This document shows, piece after piece, positions 38,025-48,201 of a DNA stretch of 64,000 nt; position 1 is the first letter of the stretch; the number at the start of each line of letters is the position of its first letter. Below the pieces are notes generated by a model. That model ran no database searches. It saw nothing but the letters and a program-made list of their open reading frames with translations, and was not told the origin of the DNA. This stretch comes from an uncultured virus (IMG/VR IMGVR_UViG_3300030090_003678) (taxonomy: Duplodnaviria; Heunggongvirae; Uroviricota; Caudoviricetes). The position numbers and the translations under genes are program-made. The DNA is taken from IMG/VR virus record IMGVR_UViG_3300030090_003678, positions 1 through 64,000 of that record. One strand, 5' to 3'.

Positions 38025-39611
38025 ATGAATACTTTTGATCCACTTAAAGTTAGCTTTAATGATGAGGCAACTTGGGACTTGATTTGTTCTGGACATACTA
38101 AAGGAGTCTTTCAGCTTGAAAGTAATCTCGGTAAGTCTTGGGCTAAACGAGTTAAGCCTAGAAATGTTGAAGAACTTGCTGCGTTAATTTCTATCATCAG
38201 GCCGGGTACATTAAAAGCCATTCAAGATGGCAAGTCAATGACCCAAAGGTTTGTTGACAGAAAAAACCTAACCGAAGAAATAATTTATATCCATGACTCC
38301 CTTGAGCCAATCCTCAAGAACACTCAAGGAGTTCTTGTGTATCAAGAGCAGTCTATGCAGATAGCGCAGCAGCTAGCTGGATTTGACCTTCAAGAAGCCG
38401 ACAATCTAAGAAAAGCGATTGGAAAGAAAAAAGCCGATCTAATGGCTAAAATCAAAAAGCAATTCTTAGCAGGCACAAAAAAGAAAGGCATAGTAGATGC
38501 AACGACGGCAGAAGAAATATTTAGTTGGATCGAAAAGTCCAGCCGTTATGCTTTTAACAAGTCTCATGCAGTCTCTTATGCAATTTGCGCTTATTGGAGT
38601 GCTTACGCTAAAGCACATTATCCACTTGAGTTTTACTGCAACTATCTTCTGCATTCGTCGAGCAAGATAGATCCTCAGCTTGAAGTAAAACAATTAGTAA
38701 ATGACGCAAAAAATAATGAGATATACATCAATCCTCCATCTGTAAAAGCAATAAATGCGAAGACAGACATAATCGACAAAGAAATTTATTTCGGTTTATT
38801 AGATGTAAAGACTGTTGGTGAGCGACAGGTAAACAAATTCAAAGAAGTTGTTGAAGATAACGAAATTCGCATTAATAAAGATCTGAAAGATTGGTCTTGG
38901 TATGAATTTCTAGTTCTTGCTTCACCTAGCCTTAGTTCTAGAATGCTTGTTGCGGTCATATCTGTTGGCTTTTTTAGTCATCTACCAGAATCTAGGTCTA
39001 GAATGATTGACGAGCTAGATACTTGGAATGAGCTTACCAAAAAAGAAAAAGAATGGGCAATTGATAACTTCCATAGATTCGACAACATAATAGACTTGCT
39101 GGTAGCATTGGCTCCAACCAAAAAAGAAGGTGGTGGAACTTTCAACTCAAAAAGGTCAATCAAGATAAAAGACTTAGTGATTCAATGCAAGAACCCTTCT
39201 TACTCCCTGAATGATGACCCAGAATGGGTTATAAGAACAGAAGAGCATTATTTGGGAGTTGCTCTTACTTACTCTAGAGTCGAGGCTTATGACACTAGGC
39301 TAGCTAACACAACAATAAAAGAGTTTGTTGATGGAAAGCGTGGAGATGTTAAAATAGCAGTAACGATATCTGAAGTTAAAAAATGGGTCACTAAAAAAGG
39401 AAAAATGCAAGGATCTGAAATGGCTTTTCTTTGCGTTGAAGATACGACTGGAACACTTGATACTGTCACCGTCTTCTCTGAAAAGTGGAAAGAATACAAG
39501 AATGTACTCTATCCCGGAAATAATGTCATAATTTCTGGAGCTAGCAGTGCTTCAAGCAGAAGACAAATAGATGACGGGCTTGTTGTTCAAGACATTATAG
39601 AGCTGAATTGA
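38025..39611 (+). CDS. dnaE: DNA polymerase III alpha, C-terminal polypeptide (fingers, HhH, OB)
   Basis: GVFQLES, IRPG, LVYQEQ.M, ADNLRKAIGKKK, YAFNKSHA, KAHYP.EF, MAF...ED.TG. Confidence 0.95.
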   Translation: MNTFDPLKVSFNDEATWDLICSGHTKGVFQLESNLGKSWAKRVKPRNVEELAALISIIRPGTLKAIQDGKSMTQRFVDRKNLTEEIIYIHDSLEPILKNTQGVLVYQEQSMQIAQQLAGFDLQEADNLRKAIGKKKADLMAKIKKQFLAGTKKKGIVDATTAEEIFSWIEKSSRYAFNKSHAVSYAICAYWSAYAKAHYPLEFYCNYLLHSSSKIDPQLEVKQLVNDAKNNEIYINPPSVKAINAKTDIIDKEIYFGLLDVKTVGERQVNKFKEVVEDNEIRINKDLKDWSWYEFLVLASPSLSSRMLVAVISVGFFSHLPESRSRMIDELDTWNELTKKEKEWAIDNFHRFDNIIDLLVALAPTKKEGGGTFNSKRSIKIKDLVIQCKNPSYSLNDDPEWVIRTEEHYLGVALTYSRVEAYDTRLANTTIKEFVDGKRGDVKIAVTISEVKKWVTKKGKMQGSEMAFLCVEDTTGTLDTVTVFSEKWKEYKNVLYPGNNVIISGASSASSRRQIDDGLVVQDIIELN

Positions 39612-39636
39612 CAAAAAATACTTTTACATATAACAT
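39608..39636 (+). promoter_or_regulatory. Sigma70-type promoter upstream of ssb and sigma gene
   Basis: TTGACA (39608-39613), 17-nt spacer, TAACAT (39631-39636). Confidence 0.65.
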
Positions 39637-39666
39637 TTATATAACCATCAAACATACGAGGAATAG

Positions 39667-40029
39667 ATGAATACCATTTCTAATTACTGTCGTTTTATTG
39701 GAAAAATGGTCAGCAATCCAAAACTAACTGAGTTTGAAGCTACTAGTTTATGTACATTCACTCTAGCGATAAATGAGTATCGTAGAGAAAAGAATGGCGA
39801 AAAGAAAAAGACTGTTAATTACTTTGACTTTGAAGCTTGGGATAGCGGCGGACTTGCCATCAATAAACATTGCGAAAAAGGTGACATAATCGACCTAGTT
39901 GCTTCAGCAAGAAACAATTCTTGGATTGATAAAAATGGAGAGAAAAGATACGCAACGAAGTTTAGGGTAAAAGAATTCAAACTATTTAACACAACTAGGA
40001 ATAAAGAACCTTCAGGTGTCGAAGAATAA
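39667..40029 (+). CDS. ssb: Single-stranded DNA-binding protein
   Basis: N...IG....P, FTLAIN, F....W, KGD, W.DKNGEKR; lacks the DDDIPF tail. Confidence 0.85.
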   Translation: MNTISNYCRFIGKMVSNPKLTEFEATSLCTFTLAINEYRREKNGEKKKTVNYFDFEAWDSGGLAINKHCEKGDIIDLVASARNNSWIDKNGEKRYATKFRVKEFKLFNTTRNKEPSGVEE

Positions 40030-40501
40030 AAAAGCGTTAGACGCTAAAGAGCTTGAGGAAAAACTCATCCAAGACAATTACGGGTTGGTTATTTCACAGG
40101 CTCTTCGTTTTTTTGAAGACCCTAACTTTGACGATTACGTTCAGGCCGGTTTGATAGGCTTGCTAAAAGCAATCAGAAAATACGATAGTAGTAAATCCCA
40201 GTTTGTGAAATATGCTGCTACTTGCATAAAAAACTCTATATCCAGTTTGCAGAAAAAAATAAACAATCATGGATCAAAAAAGGTAAGAGTTGTAATAGAG
40301 CAAGACAAGCAATATTCAACAAAAGAGCGATTAAAAAACTTATTGCCAGAATCCATATCTGATGACGATAGGTTTATACTAAATTGCAGAATAGAGGGAT
40401 ATACCAACTCAGAGATAGCTAGCTTCATGATGTCTAACAAGAATGAAATTAAGAGCAGAATAGAAATCATAATAAAAACTTTGCAAGATCACAATAAATG
40501 A
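40016..40501 (+). CDS. Phage RNA polymerase sigma factor (regions 2 and 4)
   Basis: DDYVQAGLIGLLKAIRKYD....F.KYA..CI (region 2), EGYTNSEIA (region 4). Confidence 0.85.
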   Translation: MSKNKKALDAKELEEKLIQDNYGLVISQALRFFEDPNFDDYVQAGLIGLLKAIRKYDSSKSQFVKYAATCIKNSISSLQKKINNHGSKKVRVVIEQDKQYSTKERLKNLLPESISDDDRFILNCRIEGYTNSEIASFMMSNKNEIKSRIEIIIKTLQDHNK

Positions 40502-42129
40502 GAAAAAAAAGAATACTATTTTGCGGCGAGGCTACATATCTTAATACTGGATATGCTACTTATCTTCGTGAAATTATGAAAAGGCTGCACGCCACTGGAA
40601 AGTATGAGTTAGCAGAGTTCGCTAGCTATGGAGAACAGGGCAGTCCAAGTGCATCATCTATTCCTTGGCATTTTTACGGAAATCTTCCAGTAAATGATGA
40701 GCAAAAAGAAGTATACGACTCGGTTCCCACAAACCAATTTGGTGAATGGAAATTTGAGGCTGTGCTTTTGGATTTTCTTCCTGATATTGTTTGCGACATT
40801 CGAGACTTTTGGATGCTTGAGTTTCAGGAAAGATCTCCGTTCAGACCTTACTATCATTGGGTGATAATGCCCACTGTTGATGCGTTTCCTCAAAATGAAC
40901 AATGGTTAGCAACTTTTGCTAATGCAGACGGTGTCTTCAATTATTCAGATTGGGGACATGATGTGCTAAAAAAAGAATCGAACGGCAAAATCAAATGCTT
41001 AGGTTCTGCTCCTCCTTCTGCTGACGCTGCTTATGTCCCTGTAGAAGACAAGCAAAAACACAAGATGAGTTTTGGTTTTGATCCCAAAGCAAAGTTTGTT
41101 GGCACGGTAATGAGAAATCAGAGAAGGAAACTATTTCCCGATCTATTTGAAGCATTCAGACTATTCCTCGATATGTCTGGAGATAATGACACTTATCTAT
41201 ATTGCCATACAAGCTATCCTGATCTCGGCTGGGATATACCAAAACTATTAAACCAATACTCCTTGTCTAGTAAAGTTCTATTTACCTATGTCTGTAATAA
41301 CTGCGGACATACTTTTCCCTCATTCTTTTCTGATGCTAGAAGAAAATGCGGATCTTGCGGTAAATTCTCTGCTGGACTATCAAATGTTCAAAAAGGAGTA
41401 TCTTACGAATACTTAGCAAGCACAATGAATATATTTGATTTGTATATTCAATATGCAAATAGCGAGGGGTTTGGTTTACCTCAAGTAGAAGCAGCGGCTT
41501 GCGGTGTTCCAGTTATGAGTGTTGATTATTCAGCAATGAGTAGCGTAGTAAGAAAATTAGGTGGAGTCCCACTAAAAACAAAAGCTTTATACAACGAAGT
41601 GGAAACAGCCTGCAATAGAGCAGTCCCAGATAACGAGAACACAGCAAGAGAGATTAAAAAGTTTTTTGATCTTAGCGAAGTCGAAAGAAAGTCTTTATCT
41701 AATACAACAAGACTAAATTTTCAAAAATACTATCAATGGGATAAAACAGCCAAGAAGTGGGAAGAATACTTTGACAGTGTAGACATTAGGCCATCAAACC
41801 AAAGTTGGGGCGCTCCTGCTAAATTACATCAGCCATCACCTCAGTTGAATATTGATCTACCTCCTTCGGAATATGCTAGGTGGTTAATAACAGATGTGTT
41901 AGGAGAGCAAGAAAAATTAGGAACATACTTTGAGTCTAGGTTAATACGAGACCTGAACTATGGAATGTATATCAATGGTGCTGGAGAAATGTATCTCAAT
42001 GAAGACTCCTATAAATTTGTTAAGCCAAACTATGAAGAGTTTGGGCAAGAAGAAGCTTACGAAATGATGGTTGGCCTCTGCAACAGAAGGAATCAATGGG
42101 AACAAAAAAGGAAAGACCTTTTATCATGA
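40498..42129 (+). CDS. GT4-like glycosyltransferase with inserted zinc ribbon
   Basis: TGYA, RNQRRK, SEGFGLPQVEAAACGVP; CNNC...CGSC insertion. Confidence 0.88.
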   Translation: MRKKRILFCGEATYLNTGYATYLREIMKRLHATGKYELAEFASYGEQGSPSASSIPWHFYGNLPVNDEQKEVYDSVPTNQFGEWKFEAVLLDFLPDIVCDIRDFWMLEFQERSPFRPYYHWVIMPTVDAFPQNEQWLATFANADGVFNYSDWGHDVLKKESNGKIKCLGSAPPSADAAYVPVEDKQKHKMSFGFDPKAKFVGTVMRNQRRKLFPDLFEAFRLFLDMSGDNDTYLYCHTSYPDLGWDIPKLLNQYSLSSKVLFTYVCNNCGHTFPSFFSDARRKCGSCGKFSAGLSNVQKGVSYEYLASTMNIFDLYIQYANSEGFGLPQVEAAACGVPVMSVDYSAMSSVVRKLGGVPLKTKALYNEVETACNRAVPDNENTAREIKKFFDLSEVERKSLSNTTRLNFQKYYQWDKTAKKWEEYFDSVDIRPSNQSWGAPAKLHQPSPQLNIDLPPSEYARWLITDVLGEQEKLGTYFESRLIRDLNYGMYINGAGEMYLNEDSYKFVKPNYEEFGQEEAYEMMVGLCNRRNQWEQKRKDLLS

Positions 42130-43238
42130 AAGTCCTTTACATAGGTTGTTATAGAGATGGTACTGGTTGGGGGCAAGCAGCCATAGATTACATACTTGCT
42201 ATGGATCTTGCAGGAATTGATGTAGTTCCTAGACCAATCAAGCTTAACTCTAGAAATCATCAGCCACCAAAAAGAATCTTGGAGTTAGAGGCCAAGAGTT
42301 CAAGCGGTGCGGATATATGTATTCAACATACATTGCCGCACTTAATGGATTACAGCAATAAATTCAAAAAGAACATTGCTCTTTATGCTACAGAGACAGA
42401 CAGTTTTGTTGATTCTGGCTGGTCTAGAAAAATCAATATGATGGACGAAGCATGGGTGATAAACAACCAAATGGTCGAATCCTCAAAGAAAAGCGGAGTC
42501 AATATACCAATAAAGGTTGTTCCTCATGCTAGTGATGTAAAAAAGTTTTATAAAAAGTACGACAAGCTTACATTGCCGCAAGCAGAAGGAAATTTTGTCT
42601 TTTACACGATTGCTGATCTGAACAAAAGAAAAAATCTTGAATCTTTTATAAGAGCTTTTCATACTGAGTTTGAGCCTTCAGAGCCTGTTTCAATACTTAT
42701 TAAGTCATCGAAATATGGAATGGCCGCAGAAGATACGGCAAAAAACATAAAAGATATATGCAACAAAGTAAAGTCTGGTATTAAAAAATTCATCAGCCTC
42801 GATGCTTACAAAGAAGACCTAATAATCGCAGATTTTATTAACGATGAAGCAATTTGTGGAATACATGAAAGCTGTGATTGTTTTGTGATGCCCAGCTATG
42901 GAGAGGCTTGGTGCATCCCTGCTTTTGACGCTATGGGGTTTGGCAATACTCCTATCTGTACGAATGTTGGTGGAATGGCTGACTTCGTTGGACATGCTGG
43001 ATTCTTGATTGAGGGGAGGCTAGAGCCTGTTAGAGACATGACAGAGACTTTTGCAGACCTGTTTACTGGAAACGAAAATTGGCTATCTATTGACGAGCTA
43101 GAGCTTATGAAAGTAATGAGACATGTTTATGAAAACAAAGACGAGCTATCAAGGATGCGTCAAGAAGGTTTAGAACAAGCACAGAAGTATTGTCATAAGA
43201 ATATTGGCGATTTAATGAAGGGGTTGTTAGATGCTTAG
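42126..43238 (+). CDS. GT4-like glycosyltransferase
   Basis: TGWG, RKNL, PSYGEAWCIPAFDAMGFG. Confidence 0.88.
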   Translation: MKVLYIGCYRDGTGWGQAAIDYILAMDLAGIDVVPRPIKLNSRNHQPPKRILELEAKSSSGADICIQHTLPHLMDYSNKFKKNIALYATETDSFVDSGWSRKINMMDEAWVINNQMVESSKKSGVNIPIKVVPHASDVKKFYKKYDKLTLPQAEGNFVFYTIADLNKRKNLESFIRAFHTEFEPSEPVSILIKSSKYGMAAEDTAKNIKDICNKVKSGIKKFISLDAYKEDLIIADFINDEAICGIHESCDCFVMPSYGEAWCIPAFDAMGFGNTPICTNVGGMADFVGHAGFLIEGRLEPVRDMTETFADLFTGNENWLSIDELELMKVMRHVYENKDELSRMRQEGLEQAQKYCHKNIGDLMKGLLDA

Positions 43239-44244
43239 TCCAATCACTTCGATAATTAGAGCAGCCACCAGAAAGAAAGAAGATAAGCTCAATATTCTCA
43301 CTTTCCCAACGCATGAGCGTTATGAAAGCATGTTGGCTAAAACTGGTCATAACTTTTACGCATATCGAGCAGAAGGAATAAAAGACTGGAACGAGACTTA
43401 TGCCAAAATTCCAGAAAATTACACTCTTCTAGATCCTGCTCTTGGAGATGCTCAAGTTCCTCAGTATGTTGATTTTGATTTAGTTCTTTCGCAGAACAAG
43501 TTTGGTCAATTTCAAAAAGCAATACAGCTATCAAAGACTCTGCACCTACCCCTCATTAGCTTAGAGCATACACTTCCTATGCCTCAATGGGATAGCAATG
43601 TTATGACGCAAGTTAGGAACATGAGAGGTGATTTGAATCTTTTTATATCAAAATACAGCATTAATGCTTGGGGATGGGAAGATAAGAGCGACACGAGTGT
43701 CATAACTCATGGAATAGATACGGATTTGTTCTGTCCAGCGGATGTTGAAAGAAGCGACGAAATCCTATCAGTCGTTAATGATTGGATAAACAGAGATTGG
43801 TGTTGCGGTTTCAATATATGGAGAGAGACAATAGATGGATTGCCTTATAAAGTTGTTGGCGATACACCCGGTTTGTCTAAGCCAGCGTCTTCTACTGAAG
43901 AACTAGTCTCAAACTACCAGACCAGTAGAATATTTTTGAATACTTCAACAATATCTCCAGTTCCAACAGCTTTAATGGAGGCAATGTCTTGTGGGTGTGC
44001 TGTAGTCTCTACTGCAACCTGCATGATTCCAGAAGTCATAAAACATGGAGAGAATGGATTTATAACAAACGATCCTAGAGAAATGAAAGAATATTTAGTT
44101 CAGCTTTTGAACGACGAAGACTTATCAAAAGAAATGGGTGAAAAAGCTAGAGAAAGCATTGTTTCTAGGTATTCTGCTGACAAATTTGTTACTAAATGGA
44201 ATAAGTTTTTAGACATTGCGTCTAGAAAAGTTTATAGAGGCTAA
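43231..44244 (+). CDS. GT4-like glycosyltransferase
   Basis: HGIDTDLF, LMEAMSCGCAVVST, HGENG. Confidence 0.88.
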   Translation: MLSPITSIIRAATRKKEDKLNILTFPTHERYESMLAKTGHNFYAYRAEGIKDWNETYAKIPENYTLLDPALGDAQVPQYVDFDLVLSQNKFGQFQKAIQLSKTLHLPLISLEHTLPMPQWDSNVMTQVRNMRGDLNLFISKYSINAWGWEDKSDTSVITHGIDTDLFCPADVERSDEILSVVNDWINRDWCCGFNIWRETIDGLPYKVVGDTPGLSKPASSTEELVSNYQTSRIFLNTSTISPVPTALMEAMSCGCAVVSTATCMIPEVIKHGENGFITNDPREMKEYLVQLLNDEDLSKEMGEKARESIVSRYSADKFVTKWNKFLDIASRKVYRG

Positions 44245-44245
44245 T

Positions 44246-44710
44246 ATGAAAATTAGAATAACTGTAGGCGCTAATGAGCAACTAAGTGGGTATGTAAACA
44301 TAGATCCAATTAGCAAGTTTAATGACTTAGCAATAGACATACGAGATTTAAGTGAGGTTGTAGAGAACTCTGAATGTAGAGAAATCTTGGCTGAAGATGT
44401 TATTGATTTTCTTGAAAAAAAGGAATCGTTTACGGTAATATCAAATTGGATTAGTAAATTAAGACATGGCGGCAAAATAATAATTACCTCAGTGGACGCT
44501 CATGTGACCAGCGGACTACTATATAAAGGAAAGATAGAATTAAGCACATTTAACAAGCTTATGCATGGAAATTTTACTGCACCTTGGGATGTTAAACTTA
44601 GTCATAGCACTATAGAAGAGATGTCTAGTTTCCTTATCTCTCAAGGGTTGGTAATTAACAAAAAAAGACAAAATGGCCCACATATGATAATAGAGGCAGA
44701 AAGACCATGA
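44246..44710 (+). CDS. SAM-methyltransferase-like protein, degenerate motif I
   Basis: ITVGA....GYVNID, DIRDL, EILA.DVIDF, W...L..GG.I. Confidence 0.6.
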   Translation: MKIRITVGANEQLSGYVNIDPISKFNDLAIDIRDLSEVVENSECREILAEDVIDFLEKKESFTVISNWISKLRHGGKIIITSVDAHVTSGLLYKGKIELSTFNKLMHGNFTAPWDVKLSHSTIEEMSSFLISQGLVINKKRQNGPHMIIEAERP

Positions 44711-45558
44711 CAGACGAATTGTCAGATTTATTTTCCGAAATGCAAGATTCGGGAACCAAAAAAGAAACATCGGAATTGGTGACTTCTTGTGAAGATTGTA
44801 TTTTTCTAGAAGACCTTGATTGCAAACTTGGCAATATATCTAAGTACCAAAAAAGAGGAGTACGAGTATTGCAATCAGAAGGCAAGGAAGGTCAACCAAC
44901 ACTAACTGTTGGCACTATATGCCATACATATAGAACAGAGCTATGGGAATTAGCCAACGATGATGCAGAGGATATACTCGACGTTTTGGAATCGGAGACC
45001 GACCCAAAAGTTGGATTTTTCATCCTAGTAAAAAATAATCATGAAGGACTAGAAAGAAGCATAAAATCAATTCTCGACCAAGAGATATTTTCAGCAAAGT
45101 ATATTTTAGTAAGTTCTACTCATGAAACTGATCAAATAGAAATAATACAAAAAACACAATCAATTCTTGCAGGCACAGAAATACCATATAAGGTTCAACG
45201 AATTCTTGAAGAAGAAGTGACAGATGATCAATTTATAGACTTGTCATTTTCTAACGCAAAAAACGGCTATTATTGCGTATTAGAGTGTGGACATGAAATA
45301 CCAAGTGATTTAATAAAAATACTACACAAAGCTTTAGTATTTGATCTTCATAGCGTAGCTTATGTAGAGGGTTACGAAGGAGTAAATGGAAGAACAGTAC
45401 AATGCTCAATGCACAAGTTCCTTATTGGAAATAAAGGAGCAACAGTAAAAACAAAGATATTAGAAGGCGAAGACTACGACAGACAACAAGCTAAATCAGA
45501 GCTGAGACCAATAAGAAAAGATTCAATGGTAAAAACTTGGGATGAACTAAGAAAATGA
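44707..45558 (+). CDS. Hypothetical protein, Cys cluster plus possible degenerate GT-A domain
   Basis: CEDC...C...C; LERSIKSILDQ resembles the GT2 N-terminus. Confidence 0.45.
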   Translation: MTDELSDLFSEMQDSGTKKETSELVTSCEDCIFLEDLDCKLGNISKYQKRGVRVLQSEGKEGQPTLTVGTICHTYRTELWELANDDAEDILDVLESETDPKVGFFILVKNNHEGLERSIKSILDQEIFSAKYILVSSTHETDQIEIIQKTQSILAGTEIPYKVQRILEEEVTDDQFIDLSFSNAKNGYYCVLECGHEIPSDLIKILHKALVFDLHSVAYVEGYEGVNGRTVQCSMHKFLIGNKGATVKTKILEGEDYDRQQAKSELRPIRKDSMVKTWDELRK

Positions 45559-46322
45559 GCCTACCTAAAGTAACAATACTGATTGCAAATTATAACGATG
45601 AAGATTATCTAGACAGATGTATTGAAAGCGCTATAAATCAAGACTATCCGGGACATTTAAATATATGTATCGTAGATGATGGATCTACAGATAGTTCTTG
45701 GGAGATAATCCAGTCTTACTTTGATGATAAAGATGGAGATTTATTAGAGAAGACAAATACTGGCAGGTTTGGCAACACAAACTTGACTGCTATAAAAAGT
45801 AAAAATGGAGGACCTAGTCCTGCAAGGAACATAGGAATAAACCATACGCTCAATGATACAGATATATATGCAATATTGGACTCAGACGATGAAATGTATG
45901 AAGACAAAATAAGTAGTTGCGTCTCAGTATTTGGAAAAGGTGGTGGAGCTATTGGAGTTGTATATGGAGATTATGATGTTCTTCATACATCGACTGGAAA
46001 AATAATAAGAGAGTATAAAGAGCCTTACAATAGGAGAAGGTTGGTAAGAGAGTGTATAGTTCATAGCGGATCTCTCATACTAAAAGAAGCATTAGTTTCT
46101 GTCCAAGAAGACACAGGTTTTTATGATGAAAATATGCGCACCTGTGAAGATTATGATTTGTGGATGAGAATTAGCGAAAAATACATCATAGCCCATGTTC
46201 CTAAATCATTGACTAAGGTTAGAGTGACTGGGGACAACTCTTCATTCATTGTGAACCAAGAGATCTGGCAAAAAAATTGGTCCAGAGTAATGGAAAAAAT
46301 GCAAGCAAGATTAAATGGCTAA
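45555..46322 (+). CDS. GT2 glycosyltransferase
   Basis: IANYN, VDDGSTD, NGGPSPARN, LDSDD, EDYDLWMR. Confidence 0.93.
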   Translation: MSLPKVTILIANYNDEDYLDRCIESAINQDYPGHLNICIVDDGSTDSSWEIIQSYFDDKDGDLLEKTNTGRFGNTNLTAIKSKNGGPSPARNIGINHTLNDTDIYAILDSDDEMYEDKISSCVSVFGKGGGAIGVVYGDYDVLHTSTGKIIREYKEPYNRRRLVRECIVHSGSLILKEALVSVQEDTGFYDENMRTCEDYDLWMRISEKYIIAHVPKSLTKVRVTGDNSSFIVNQEIWQKNWSRVMEKMQARLNG

Positions 46323-47022
46323 TAGATTCACCACAAAAATTAAAAAGAGTGGATCGGGCTTGAAGCCAGAAAACCCTCTATCAGTAGTTATACCTGTAGC
46401 AGGTATGGGTCATAGGATGAAGTCTTATGGCCCAAAATGTTTGCTGCAAGCAAACCAACAAGAAACCATACTAGAAAAGACAATAAAGAATATAAAAAAA
46501 GAATATCCTTTTTCTGACATAATAGTCGTAGCAGGTTTTGAATCTGAAAAAATAGTAAAAACTTTGCCACACGACATAAGAATTGTAGAAAATTACAATT
46601 ATCAGGATAGCAATATAGTAGAGAGTATAAGGCTTGGCATTAATGCATCTTCACATGAAAACATTATGGTTATATATGGAGATTTAATTTTTAATGTTTA
46701 CTCAATACGTCATATAACCTCAGATGGTTCTTGTATAATTGTGGATTCAAAGTCCAGATTCAAGGACGAGGAGATAGGAGTCACAGTTGTTGATGATCAC
46801 GTTACAGCTTTTGCTTACGGGTTATCAAAAAAATGGTCTCAAATAGTCTACCTAGAAGGCAAAGAATTTTTTGCTATGAAAAAACTATGTTCAGATAAGA
46901 GAAAAAACAAACTCTATTTATTTGAATTGCTTAATATTATGATCAACAACGGACATCAAATAAAAGCAAAAGAACCCAAGGGTATGTTAATAAAAGAAAT
47001 AGATTCACTAAAGGATTTGTAA
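46315..47022 (+). CDS. Sugar/choline-phosphate nucleotidyltransferase (LicC-like)
   Basis: IPVAGMGHRM...PKCLL, VAGF, YGDLIF, EIDS..DL. Confidence 0.85.
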   Translation: MANRFTTKIKKSGSGLKPENPLSVVIPVAGMGHRMKSYGPKCLLQANQQETILEKTIKNIKKEYPFSDIIVVAGFESEKIVKTLPHDIRIVENYNYQDSNIVESIRLGINASSHENIMVIYGDLIFNVYSIRHITSDGSCIIVDSKSRFKDEEIGVTVVDDHVTAFAYGLSKKWSQIVYLEGKEFFAMKKLCSDKRKNKLYLFELLNIMINNGHQIKAKEPKGMLIKEIDSLKDL

Positions 47023-47171
47023 TGGGAAATTATTGGGGTTGGATTAAAAACAACTACAAATGGTACGCTTGGAAATACGTAGAAGACAAAGTTAAAGTCA
47101 AGCTTGGACCATTTTATACGATAGAAGAAGCACAAGAAGCGGCAGAAGAATATGAAAATTCTAATAAGTAG
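47022..47171 (+). CDS. Small Trp-rich hypothetical protein (49 aa)
   Basis: TAATG-coupled ORF MGNYWGWIKNNYKWYAW...LGPFYTIEEAQEAAEEY read manually. Confidence 0.55.
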   Translation: MGNYWGWIKNNYKWYAWKYVEDKVKVKLGPFYTIEEAQEAAEEYENSNK

Positions 47172-48201
47172 TGACGGACCTCATGCTCATTATTATATAA
47201 GACAAGCGTGGGGAAAAGTATTTTCTTCAATAGGACATCAAGTTTCTTTGTGGGATATAAACACAAAGAGTGTTTTTGATGCATTTGATGAGTTTGAACC
47301 TGATATCTTCATGGGGCAAACATACAATGTTACCGAAGGCTTAGTGCAGTGTATTAAAGAAAGACCTCACTTAAAAGTTGCAATGCGAGCATCTGATTGG
47401 GGTGAATTTCAGGACAATATCGACCTTGATAAGTATCCAATTCTTGTTGCTCAAGAAAAAGAAAAGAAGCTACTTGACCGATTAAAGAAAGAAACAGGAA
47501 AACCAGACTTTGTTCACAATCATTACACACAAAGCTGGATAGATGTGACACACAACCGCTGGCAAGACATGTTAGGCATTAAGCCTGTTTCACTAATACA
47601 TGCCGCAGACCTGTATGATTTCCACCCAAAACCAAGACTTAGCGTGTTAGATTGCGACATAGCGTTTGTGGGAGGTTACTGGCCTTACAAGGCGGAACGA
47701 CTTGACCCATATATTGTCAGTTTGTGTCATCCTGTTGGTGATTACAAAATAAAAATATTTGGCTCCAACTGGCCTGTAGTTCAAAATCATGGAGTAATTG
47801 CCACAGACAACATCTCATCTCTTTTTGCTTCCGCTAAGGTTTGTTTGAATGTCAGCGAGCCTCACTCTCAAGACTTTGGTTACGACATCATAGAACGTCC
47901 ATTTAAAATATTGTCTAGTGGTGGGTTTTGCATATCCGACTATGTAGAGTCAATGGCAAACGAAGTGTTTACAAATAATGAGATCGTTTTTGCTAAGACC
48001 CCAAAAGAATTTAAGCAACTAATTGACTACTATGTTAATAACCCAAACGAAAGAGTACCCTATATGCAATCTGGCTATCAGTGCGTTATAGAAAATCATA
48101 CATACTTTGAAAGAGTAGAAACAATACTTCTAGAGCTAGGATTGAGCAACGAAGCTGCAAAATGCGCGCAGGCTAAACTAGCACTTTTTGGAGATGAATA
48201 A
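47152..48201 (+). CDS. CgeB-like GT-B glycosyltransferase
   Basis: DIAFVG, KVCLN, ERPF.I...GGF.ISD, HTY.ERV. Confidence 0.82.
   Translation: MKILISSDGPHAHYYIRQAWGKVFSSIGHQVSLWDINTKSVFDAFDEFEPDIFMGQTYNVTEGLVQCIKERPHLKVAMRASDWGEFQDNIDLDKYPILVAQEKEKKLLDRLKKETGKPDFVHNHYTQSWIDVTHNRWQDMLGIKPVSLIHAADLYDFHPKPRLSVLDCDIAFVGGYWPYKAERLDPYIVSLCHPVGDYKIKIFGSNWPVVQNHGVIATDNISSLFASAKVCLNVSEPHSQDFGYDIIERPFKILSSGGFCISDYVESMANEVFTNNEIVFAKTPKEFKQLIDYYVNNPNERVPYMQSGYQCVIENHTYFERVETILLELGLSNEAAKCAQAKLALFGDE

Noticed and set aside
36380..38060. Split intein or intron joining the dnaE halves
   Set aside because: No intein terminal motifs, and the interval is filled by coupled protein-coding genes with no room for intron structure.
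46731..46740. TTGTATAATT as another promoter copy
   Set aside because: Two mismatches to the decamer and located inside a CDS.
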